The notes below the pieces were generated by a model. It searched no databases. It saw nothing but the letters and a program-made list of their open reading frames with translations, and had not been told where the DNA came from. A DNA stretch of 64,000 nt from an uncultured Acidimicrobiales bacterium (GTDB lineage: Bacteria > Actinomycetota > Acidimicrobiia > Acidimicrobiales > SZUA-35): positions 141,318 through 205,317 of the forward strand of contig CAVOYW010000008.1 of the NCBI GenBank assembly GCA_963700755.1, read 5' to 3'. How positions within the stretch are numbered: the stretch's first letter is position 1; each line of letters starts with the position of its first letter. Below are positions 9,598-17,482 of the stretch, piece after piece. Both the position numbers and the translations under genes were made by a program.

Positions 9598-9774
9598 GGC
9601 CGTACCGTAGCGATCGAGACTCGGGCACCGCCGGTCGCAACCCACGATCGCCATCCCGTGCACCCATGGGTGATTCACCCCAGGGCTCGATCAGGTTCGG
9701 TCGGACGAGCTAGAAAGATCGTGGCCGTTTCTCCCTCCCGCCGGCTGAGTCGTCGGAATCGACAACCCCCGACC

Positions 9775-10653
9775 ATGCTGATCGATGCTGTGAAGCAAAC
9801 GTTCCGCTCACCGCGGTTCTATCTGGCTCTCTCGCTTTCGACCCTGGCGACCGCGATGGTCGCCGTTCCTCTCGCGATCCAGGCGGTCCAGGTCCGCCAG
9901 GCCCAGTTCGATGCGGCCGGACGGGGTGAATGGGTTGCCACTGGCGACGAAGCCGCCCTGCCATCCGGCATCGGACCGGAGGCCTCGGTCACACCCACGA
10001 CGGTGCCCCCGTCAGTCGACGTTCCCGTCGCCGAGCCCGAGAACGCCGAGGCGCCGCCGACATCGGCCCCGGGCACGACAGAATCCGAACCGCCGTCGGC
10101 CGGCAATGCTGCTCCACCGTCGGTGTCCGTGCCGCCCGACGTCGAGGTCGAGTCCGGCCCGAGCGTCACGGCAGCAATCACCACCATGACGGCACCGGCA
10201 TCGACCGTCGCCGTTCCCAACGCCACGAGCATTCCGGCCGGCCCAACCACGACCGAGGCCACGGTTCGGTCGACGATCGAATCGTCGGCGACCGTTCCGC
10301 GGGATCCGGTCGGCTCGCCACCCCTCGGCGAACCACCGATGATCACCTCGATCGTCACCCCGACGACATCGGCCGGACCAACGACCGAGACCACCATGGG
10401 CCCGTCGGTGCCGACCACCCCGACGACCGTTCGCCCGACCAGCACCACGGCGGCCACCGGCTCCACCACGACGACCCGGCCGACCAGCACCACGGCGGCC
10501 ACCGGGTCCACCTCCACGACCCGCCCGACCTCCACGACCCGCCCGACCAGTACCACTCGCCCGCCCACGTCGACGACCACGTCGACCACGTCGACCACCG
10601 TGAGCGCCGGAATCGCCGGGAACGGCGGTGGCGAGGCAAACCTCGGGGACTGA
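9775..10653 (+). CDS. membrane-anchored Thr/Pro/Ser-rich repeat protein (mucin-like)
   Basis: An N-terminal TM segment (FYLALSLSTLATAMVAVPLAI) is followed by a low-complexity region with TTRPTSTTAATGS repeats. Confidence 0.6.
   Translation: MLIDAVKQTFRSPRFYLALSLSTLATAMVAVPLAIQAVQVRQAQFDAAGRGEWVATGDEAALPSGIGPEASVTPTTVPPSVDVPVAEPENAEAPPTSAPGTTESEPPSAGNAAPPSVSVPPDVEVESGPSVTAAITTMTAPASTVAVPNATSIPAGPTTTEATVRSTIESSATVPRDPVGSPPLGEPPMITSIVTPTTSAGPTTETTMGPSVPTTPTTVRPTSTTAATGSTTTTRPTSTTAATGSTSTTRPTSTTRPTSTTRPPTSTTTSTTSTTVSAGIAGNGGGEANLGD
10432..10600 (+). repeat. in-frame coding tandem repeats (2 x 45 bp, then 18-bp units) encoding RPTSTT(AATGS) motifs
   Basis: The blocks 10432-10476 and 10477-10521 are near-identical. 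They are followed by cgcccgacc-type 18-mers. Confidence 0.85.
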
Positions 10654-10702
10654 TCTCCGAGTCGCCGAGCGCGTCGCCCAGTGGCGGGTCCGGCCAGATC
10701 GG

Positions 10703-11756
10703 TCAGAAATAGGGGTGGGCCAGCTCGAACTCGGAGTTGGCAGCGATCCAGCGGACGGCGCCGCTGCGAGGTAACCCTCGTTGGATCTCGGCCATCCAGT
10801 ACGCGAACCCGGCGCTGTCGTAACGACGTCCGAGAACATTGCGATACACGATGTCGAGGAATTCGTGATCGGCGACTCGACCGTATCGGAGCCCGAACTC
10901 GGCACTCTCGGCGAAGGCCCAAGCAATGTCATCGAGGGAGAGCCCGCTCCGGCTCTGGGCGATCCAGTACTTGGCGCCGTCGGGCTCGGCTTCTCGCAGG
11001 AAGAACGCCCAGTACAGGCGGAGGATGTCGGCATCAGCGGCGGTGAAATCGAATGCGCCGACCATGCCGGCCAACGTGTTGGCCTGGAAGAGGCTGACCG
11101 CGACGGGTTCGAAGATCGTCGGCCCGAGTGGCTCGGGAACCGACGTGCCGTCGGGAAAGCCGACCGTGGTCGGTGTGACCGTGCTCGATGTGACCGTGCT
11201 CGATGTGACCGTGCTCGATGTGACCGTGCTCGATGTGACCGTGCTCGATGTGACCGTGCTCGATGTGACCGGCGATGACCGTGCTCGATGTGACCGTGCT
11301 CGATGTGACCGTGCTCGGCGGAGGCAGGGGAGCTGGATCGGCCCGCACCGTGAAGGTCGCCGATCGGGCCGATCGGCTTCCCACCACGTGGACCGACCAC
11401 ACGGTTCCGACATCGCCCGGATCGCACCTCCACAGCACCGTGTAGCTGCCGGAACTGCTGGTGTAGGCCGGCAGGAAGTCCATCGATGGCGACGAGGTGA
11501 AGCTCAGCGACTCGTTCGGATCTGCTCCCGTGAGCCGCCCGATCGACCCGTAGGCCCCGCTGCACACGACGGTGACCTGACTGGGACTGACCACCATCGT
11601 CGATGCACTGCTGGCCATCGGTGCGAGGGCAACCGAAGACCCGGCAATGCTCAGGACGAGCACGATTCGGACCAGTGCCCGTCGCCACCGATCCGACCCC
11701 GGGACCGTCGACGGCTCGCGGTCCGTGGTATCGGTGCGAACGGTGTCATGGTGCAT
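10703..11756 (-). pseudogene. secreted DUF4214-domain protein interrupted inside a 15-bp repeat tract (frameshift as sequenced)
   Basis: The N-terminal part (signal peptide, a beta-rich domain and STVTS repeats) lies in the frame of ORF 11034-11756. The STVTS repeats plus the DUF4214 domain (FLDIVYRNVLGRRYDSAGFAYW) lie in the frame of ORF 10703-11413. The frames switch in an aberrant 25-nt unit at 11265-11289. Confidence 0.7.
11175..11317. repeat. 15-bp tandem repeat gtgaccgtgctcgat (6 perfect units, one aberrant 25-nt unit, then about 2 more)
   Basis: I read this directly. On the minus strand it encodes (STVTS)n in one frame and (HIEHG)n in another. Confidence 0.95.
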
Positions 11757-11884
11757 GGTCGTCCTTCGAATGGATCGAGGGCTGTCGCCCGACCTCGCGG
11801 CCCGCCACGGGTTCCTCGAAGGTTCGGTCGTCCGGGACCGAGCATGAGGCCGGCAATCCCATTGCCTGGCCTCGGCCCCCGCTG

Positions 11885-13066
11885 CTAGTCGATCCGATCC
11901 CAGGCCACCGGCAATTCGACCGGGCCCCGGAACTCGAAGCCCCGCAACTCGACCTCACCGTCGAGCCGCAAACCGGGGAGTCGATCGATGGCGACCTGCG
12001 CCCCGACACGAACCTGTTGTCGGCCGAGCCATTCCCCGAGGCAACGATGAGGACCGAGGGCGAAGGCGGCGTGGCCACGCTCGGTCCGGTCGAGGTCGAT
12101 CTCGGTGGGATGGGCGAAGCGGTTCTCGTCGAGGTTGGCTGATCGAAGGATCCCGGCCACGAACGAGCCCCGGGGGATGTCGACTCCGCCGAGGGTGGTG
12201 TCGACCATGGCTTGGCGGGAGATCGTCCCGACCGGCGAATGGCGGCGGAACACCTCCTCGACGAGCTTGGGCCATCGCTCGGGTCGAGTCGCCACCGCTT
12301 CGGCCAGATCCGGGCGGCTCAGCAACGTCCACACCACCAGGCCGATGCCGTCACGAGGCTCGTTGATGCCGCCCGAGATCATGAGTCGAACGTTGTTGAC
12401 GATCTCGTCTCGGGTGAGGGGACCGGCATCGGGGCTGGCCCGCACGAAATCGGCGATGGCCCCACCTGCGGCTGGGTCGGCGCGAATCTCGGCGATCCGC
12501 CGATCGATCACGACACCGAGCTCGTCTCGTGCTCGATTGCCTCGCATCGTCAGATTCGGATCGTTGTCGAAGTTGGCGATGTCGGAGCACAATCCCACAC
12601 ACCAGTCCCAGATCTGGGTGGCGGAGTGTTCGCCCAGTCCGAGCACCTCGCCCAGGCCGGCCGACGCCAACGGACTGGCATAGGCGCTCATGAGATCGGC
12701 TCGCCCTGCGGGCCGGACGGCGTCGATCAGCTCGGCGGCCTGACCAACGAGACGGTCGCCGACGTACTCACCGCTCACGCCCCCGGGACGGAACGACCCG
12801 ATCATGGCCGACCGGGCGCGGGTCGCTTCGGGTGGATCCATCGTGAGCATGTTGGGCCCGAGTGCCCGGGCCAGGAACGACGGATCGGTCCGGGCGGTGA
12901 ATCGGGTCGTGTCGTTGTCGAGGGTCTCGACGTCATCCCAACGGGTCACGAAGAACATCTCGAGCGCCGGAACCCAACAGACGGGCTCGTTGGCCCGGAG
13001 GTCGGCCAGCAGGGCATCGTGATCACCCTCGAGCGACTCGAGCGTGATCCGGTCGCCGAGGCTCAC
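11885..13066 (-). CDS. cytochrome P450
   Basis: The protein has the heme-binding loop FALGPHRCLG and the ExxR region EEVFRRHSP. It is 393 aa. Confidence 0.9.
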   Translation of the reverse strand: MSLGDRITLESLEGDHDALLADLRANEPVCWVPALEMFFVTRWDDVETLDNDTTRFTARTDPSFLARALGPNMLTMDPPEATRARSAMIGSFRPGGVSGEYVGDRLVGQAAELIDAVRPAGRADLMSAYASPLASAGLGEVLGLGEHSATQIWDWCVGLCSDIANFDNDPNLTMRGNRARDELGVVIDRRIAEIRADPAAGGAIADFVRASPDAGPLTRDEIVNNVRLMISGGINEPRDGIGLVVWTLLSRPDLAEAVATRPERWPKLVEEVFRRHSPVGTISRQAMVDTTLGGVDIPRGSFVAGILRSANLDENRFAHPTEIDLDRTERGHAAFALGPHRCLGEWLGRQQVRVGAQVAIDRLPGLRLDGEVELRGFEFRGPVELPVAWDRID

Positions 13067-13094
13067 CGGTGCAGCCCGGTGCCCTCGAGACGCC

Positions 13095-13128
13095 CAACGG
13101 CCCGGACTCTGGTGAGACCGGGCCGTTG
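13095..13128 (-). terminator. hairpin downstream of nrdJ (11-bp perfect stem, 12-nt loop)
   Basis: CAACGGCCCGG-N12-CCGGGCCGTTG lies 20 nt after the nrdJ stop. There is no U-tract. Confidence 0.5.
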
Positions 13129-13147
13129 CGTGATCACGGTCGTTGGT

Positions 13148-15982
13148 TCAGCTGCAGCCGCTGGTGGTGCCGCACGACGGGCAGGCGTGACAGCTGCCGG
13201 CGCGCTGCATCTTGATGCCGCAGGTGAAGCAGAGCGGGGCGTCGGGGTCGACCACCGGGGCGGCCTGGGCCGCACGCTGTTGCTCGGCCCCGATCATGTC
13301 GAGAATGTCCTCGGCGGAGTCGATCGATGGCGGGTCGGCCGCGATGTCGTGCCCCTGGACCGTTGCGGTCTCCTCGACTCCGGGCAGGGTCTGCTGGGTC
13401 CGCTCCCCGACCGTGAAGATGCCGAGTTCGGCTCGTTCGTCGTAGCTGAGGTAGAGCACGGCAAGCTTGCGGAACAGGTAGTCCATGATCGAACTGGCGA
13501 TCCGGATCTCCGGATCGTCGGTCATACCCGCTGGCTCGAACCGCATGCCGGTGAAGGTCTGCACGTAATTGCGCAGCGGAACACCGTATTGGAGTCCATG
13601 GCTGAGGGAAATGGCCAGGGCGTCCATGATCCCGGCCAGCGTCGATCCCTGCTTCGCCACCCGAAGGAAGATCTCACCGGGCCGGCCGTCGTCGTATTCG
13701 CCGACGGTGACGAAACCCTTGCAGTCGGCCACCCGGAAGTCGAAGGTGCGGCTGCGGCGGTTGCGAGGGAGTCGTTCGCGGACCGGTTTGTAGACGACCT
13801 TCTCGATGACCTCGGTGATCGGGGCGATCGCCGCCGCACCGGCGGCACGGACGGCCGCGTCATCGTCGGTCTCGGCGTACTTGCCTTCGGTGTCGCCCTT
13901 CTTGGCCATCGACAGTGGTTGGGCCACCTTGCAGTTGTCGCGGTAGATGGCGATGGCCTTGACACCCATGCGCCAGGCGTCGATGTGGAGCTGTTCGATG
14001 TCGTCGACGGTGACCTCTTCGGGCATGTTGACGGTCTTGGAGATCGCCCCCGAGATGAACGGCTGCACGGCGGCCATCATCTCGACGTGGCCCCGGTAGT
14101 GGATCGGGTTGTCACCCATCGAGCAGGCGAACACCGCCACGTGATCGGGATCGAGACCCGGCGCACCGAGGATCGTCTTGTTCTCGTCGATGTAGGCGAC
14201 GATCGCCTCGACCGCCTGATCGGAATAGCCGAGTCGCCGCAAGGCCCGAGGTACCGACTGGTTGACGATCATCATGGTCCCGCCGCCGACCAGCTTCTTC
14301 ATCTTGGCCAGACCGAGATCGGGCTCGATGCCGGTGGTGTCACAGTCCATGAGCAGTCCAATGGTGCCGGTCGGGGCGAGGACCGTGGCCTGCGAGTTGC
14401 GGACCCCGACTTCGGGCGCCAGTTCGCAGACTGCGTCCCATGCCTGCTGCGCCTCGCTCAGGATGTCGTGAGGGGCGAGGTCCTCGTCGATGTCGGCGTT
14501 GGCCGCCCGATGCTGCTCGAGCACCCGCAGCATGGGTTCGCGGTTGTCCTGGTAGCCGGCGTGGGCACCCATTCGAGCGGCGGTACGGGCCGACGTGAGA
14601 TAGGCGTGACCGGTCATGAGCGAGGTGATCGACGCAGCCAACGCCCGACCTTCATCGGAGTCGTAGGGCAACCCCAGGTTCATCAGGAGTGCACCGATGT
14701 TGGCGTAGCCGAGGCCGAGCTGGCGGAACTGGCGGGAGGTCTCGCCGATCGGCCCGGTGGGGTAGTCGGCCCGGCCGACCATGATCTCCTGGGCGGTGAA
14801 CAGGTGCTCGATGGCGACCTTGAAGCCGTCGGTGTCGAAGGTGTTGTCGTCGTTCAGGAAGGTGAGCAGGTTGAGGCTGGCGAGATTGCAGGCGGAATTG
14901 TCGAGGTGCATGTATTCGCTGCACGGATTCGAGCCGTTGATCTTGCCGGTGTTGGCCGCGGTGTGCCAGCGATTGATGGTGGAGTCGAACTGCATGCCGG
15001 GATCGGCACATTCCCAGGTGGCCTGGGAGAACTGCCGCATCAGATCTCGCGCCTTGACCGTCTTCACGATGGCTCCGGTGGTGCGGGCGATCAGGTTCCA
15101 GTCACCGTCGTCGACCACCGCCTGCATGAACTCGTCGGTGACCCGGACCGAGTTGTTGGCGTTCTGGTACTGGATCGAATGGCTGTCGGCGCCGTCGAGA
15201 TCCATGTCGAATCCGGCTTCACGCAGGACACGCGCCTTGCGTTCCTCGGTGGCCTTGCACCAGATGAACTCCTCGACGTCGGGGTGATCGATGTCGAGCA
15301 TGACCATCTTGGCCGCCCGGCGAGTCTTGCCGCCGGACTTGATCGTGCCGGCCGAGGAATCGGCGCCCCGCATGAAGCTGACCGGACCCGAGGCGGTACC
15401 GCCGCCCTTGAGGAGTTCGTGGGAGGAGCGGATGCGTGACAGGTTGACGCCGGCCCCGGACCCGCCCTTGAAGATCGTGCCCTCTTCGACGTACCAGTTG
15501 AGGATGGAGTCCATCTTGTCGTCGACCGCGAGGATGAAGCAGGCCGATGCCTGCTGCGGTACCCCGGCGACCCCGATGTTGAACCAGACCGGCGAGTTGA
15601 ACGCGGCGCGCTGATGGACCAGCAGGTACTTGAGTTCGTCGGAGAAGATGGTCGCCTCCTGGTCGGAGGTGAAGTAGCCGCCCTCCTTGCCCCAGGTGGT
15701 GATGGTGTCGACGATCCGATCGGCGACCTGGCGCAGGGAGGTCTCCCGCTCGGCGGTGCCGAGCGTTCCCCGGAAATACTTCTGGGCCAAGATGTTGGTG
15801 GCGTTCACCGACCAGGTGCTCGGCACCTCGACCCCCAACTGTTCGAAGGCGATCTCGCCGGTCTTCCAGTTGGCCAACCGGGCATCGCGCCGCTCCCAGA
15901 CGACGGTGTCGTACGGGTCCACGCCTTCGGTGGTGAAGTGGCGGCGGAGGCCGATGCCGGTCTGGTCGGGTGCGAGTGTCAT
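13148..15982 (-). CDS. nrdJ: vitamin B12-dependent (class II) ribonucleotide reductase
   Basis: The product is 944 aa from the ATG at 15982 (MTLAPDQTGIGLRRHFTTEG). It contains GSNPCSEYMHL around the active-site Cys and TVNMPEEVT, and has a C-terminal Cys-rich tail CFTCG...CHACPSCG. Confidence 0.92.
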   Translation of the reverse strand: MTLAPDQTGIGLRRHFTTEGVDPYDTVVWERRDARLANWKTGEIAFEQLGVEVPSTWSVNATNILAQKYFRGTLGTAERETSLRQVADRIVDTITTWGKEGGYFTSDQEATIFSDELKYLLVHQRAAFNSPVWFNIGVAGVPQQASACFILAVDDKMDSILNWYVEEGTIFKGGSGAGVNLSRIRSSHELLKGGGTASGPVSFMRGADSSAGTIKSGGKTRRAAKMVMLDIDHPDVEEFIWCKATEERKARVLREAGFDMDLDGADSHSIQYQNANNSVRVTDEFMQAVVDDGDWNLIARTTGAIVKTVKARDLMRQFSQATWECADPGMQFDSTINRWHTAANTGKINGSNPCSEYMHLDNSACNLASLNLLTFLNDDNTFDTDGFKVAIEHLFTAQEIMVGRADYPTGPIGETSRQFRQLGLGYANIGALLMNLGLPYDSDEGRALAASITSLMTGHAYLTSARTAARMGAHAGYQDNREPMLRVLEQHRAANADIDEDLAPHDILSEAQQAWDAVCELAPEVGVRNSQATVLAPTGTIGLLMDCDTTGIEPDLGLAKMKKLVGGGTMMIVNQSVPRALRRLGYSDQAVEAIVAYIDENKTILGAPGLDPDHVAVFACSMGDNPIHYRGHVEMMAAVQPFISGAISKTVNMPEEVTVDDIEQLHIDAWRMGVKAIAIYRDNCKVAQPLSMAKKGDTEGKYAETDDDAAVRAAGAAAIAPITEVIEKVVYKPVRERLPRNRRSRTFDFRVADCKGFVTVGEYDDGRPGEIFLRVAKQGSTLAGIMDALAISLSHGLQYGVPLRNYVQTFTGMRFEPAGMTDDPEIRIASSIMDYLFRKLAVLYLSYDERAELGIFTVGERTQQTLPGVEETATVQGHDIAADPPSIDSAEDILDMIGAEQQRAAQAAPVVDPDAPLCFTCGIKMQRAGSCHACPSCGTTSGCS

Positions 15983-16249
15983 GAACTGCTCCTGTGTGCG
16001 CCGACTCGATGTCGGCGGCTGCGGGGTGAGGGATACGGGCTTGCGGGTGGATTCGGGGCGAACCGTCCGGTGACGGGCGCTGGTCGGTTCGATCGGTGGG
16101 GCGACGAGGGTGACCCAACCGGTGGCTCGCCTTGTGCGGTCGCAGCTGCGGGAGATCCGGCGGGATCCACCCACATCGTCGACGTGTCGCCCGACGTCGG
16201 GTGGCCCGTTCCCGACACCTCGAAGACACCAGCCTATCGCTGGTGCCTT

Positions 16250-16265
16250 CCACAAGATGTTGTGG
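16250..16265. promoter_or_regulatory. candidate NrdR box (16-bp palindrome CCACAAGATGTTGTGG)
   Basis: The sequence matches the remembered NrdR-box consensus acaCwAtATaTwGtgt. It lies upstream of nrdJ, and nrdR is encoded in the window. Confidence 0.6.
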
Positions 16266-16290
16266 TTCGGACCGCCCTGCGCCTTTCGAC

Positions 16291-16306
16291 GCACAAGATG
16301 TAGGGA
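16291..16306. promoter_or_regulatory. second, half-conserved NrdR-like box (GCACAAGATGTAGGGA)
   Basis: It shares CACAAGATGT with the first box, but its right half is degenerate. The centre-to-centre distance is 41 bp. Confidence 0.35.
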
Positions 16307-16723
16307 GGCATTACAACATCGTAATTACGCCGTTGTCAATGCTTCATTTGTGTGAACATTGCCGACGCAGAGTGGTCGCCTCAGCTCCAAACGTGATCGG
16401 CCCGGAGCCGCAGGTCGAGGCAGCACGGCAGGGATGAGCGCCAACGAACCGTCGTCTGTGTCGCCCATCAGTACCCACTACCCAAGGGAACCCTGCGAGG
16501 GCCCCGCCTTCCGCAACTCCAGACCGACCCGTCTGGCGATGGAGGTCACCCTACGGAGTGCCCCTTGTGGATCACAAGGGGACGAGCCTGTGGATTTCGC
16601 GAAGGTGTCGGAAAGAACCACTCGTCGAGCCGATTTTCCGCAGCGGGTACCCGGCCACGCGCGCTGCGTAGGGACGAGTCGGTCCGGGTTCGGGCTCGGG
16701 ACCGACACGAATAGGGTGGAGGT

Positions 16724-17482
16724 GTGCCCGAATCGGTCGACATCGTCGAACTCCTCCCCCACCACGGACGGCTCGTCGACGCCGATGTCGACATCGCCGC
16801 CGAGGCCCGGGAGCCCCGCGCCGACCGGCCGTGGGTCTTCACCAACATGATTGCCAGCCTGGACGGCGCAACCACGATCGAGGGGCGGTCGGGACTCCTG
16901 GGACGACCGAGCGACAGCACCGTGTTCTCCGCGCTCCGGGCCCTGGCCGACGTGGTCGTCGTCGGCGCCACCACCGTCATCGACGAGGACTACCGGCCGC
17001 CCGGTGATCGCCTCGCCGAGCTACGGATCGCCCGGGGCCAGCGACCCCGACCCCAGCTGGCCATCCTCAGCCGCAGCCTGTCGATCGAAGCGACGCATCG
17101 GGTCTTCTCCGACCCCGGGAATCGACCACTCGTGATCACCATCACCGACGCTCCGCCCGACCGCCGGTCGGCGCTGGCCGAGGTGGCCGACCTCGTCGAT
17201 GCAGGCCAGGCCGACCTCGACCTCGATCGAGCACTCCGGGCCCTCGGCGCGTTGGGCCATCGCCTGGCCCTGCTCGAGGGTGGCCCCACGATCAACGGGC
17301 AGTTCGTTGCGGTCGACGCCATCGACGAGTGGAACCTCTCGTTGTCTCCGTTGCTCGCCGGCGGCGACGGCCCGCGCACGGCACACGGCCCGACACCCGA
17401 GCATCCCACCGCCTTCGATCTGGTCCGGCTCTGGCGCGGTGACGGCCTCCTATTCGGCCGCTGGGTTCGGGCTCGTCGCTGA
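16724..17482 (+). CDS. RibD C-terminal domain / dihydrofolate reductase-like pyrimidine reductase family protein
   Basis: The sequence contains NMIASLDGATT...VVVGATTV...LLEGGPTINGQF. The GTG at 16724 is preceded by GGTGGAGG. Confidence 0.7.
   Translation: MPESVDIVELLPHHGRLVDADVDIAAEAREPRADRPWVFTNMIASLDGATTIEGRSGLLGRPSDSTVFSALRALADVVVVGATTVIDEDYRPPGDRLAELRIARGQRPRPQLAILSRSLSIEATHRVFSDPGNRPLVITITDAPPDRRSALAEVADLVDAGQADLDLDRALRALGALGHRLALLEGGPTINGQFVAVDAIDEWNLSLSPLLAGGDGPRTAHGPTPEHPTAFDLVRLWRGDGLLFGRWVRARR

Noticed and set aside
11034-11290. The (HIEHG)6 tract as a genuine His-rich metal-binding C-terminus of the secreted protein.
   Set aside because: It is simply the (STVTS)n repeat read one frame off after a 2-nt lesion. 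The sequence following it is Arg-rich nonsense, while the other frame continues into a well-formed DUF4214 domain.
12212-15439. A 1075-aa ORF on the plus strand opposite nrdJ. Similar giant ORFs lie at 42281-45376 (+), 45411-48074 (+), 57664-59487 (-), 10012-11688 (-) and 60899-62374 (-).
   Set aside because: Their composition is Arg/Gly/Asp/Pro/His-rich without any recognisable motif. Each lies antisense or out of frame to a gene with unmistakable family motifs. Long stop-free antisense frames are expected in high-GC DNA.
15983-16249. A cobalamin riboswitch in the nrdJ leader (GGGAACGGGCCACCCGACG and GCCACCGG on the mRNA strand).
   Set aside because: The resemblance is fragmentary. There is no B12 box, and repressing a B12-dependent RNR with B12 would be biologically odd. 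Evidence is insufficient.
16330-16723. Assignment of the structured intergenic region to a known RNA (RNase P, tmRNA, SRP/4.5S, 6S, or cobalamin, FMN, TPP, ZTP, c-di-GMP, c-di-AMP riboswitches).
   Set aside because: The signature strings I know are absent on both strands. These include GAGGAAAGUCCGG and ACAGAAnCCCGGC for RNase P, the GGUUCGAnUCC...CCA end for tmRNA, the GGAA tetraloop context of SRP, GCCACUG and the B12 box, and the FMN GGAUxxGGUG and AGUCCGGAUG blocks. Only loose resemblances exist (AAGGGAACCC, CCGACCCGTCTGGCGATGGAGG). The region is kept as an unassigned candidate instead.
17450-17482. Convergent CDS overlaps (17450-17482, 44564-44606, 60415-60431) as possible antisense regulatory arrangements.
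   Set aside because: Short tail-to-tail overlaps are common in compact high-GC genomes. There is nothing else unusual at these sites.
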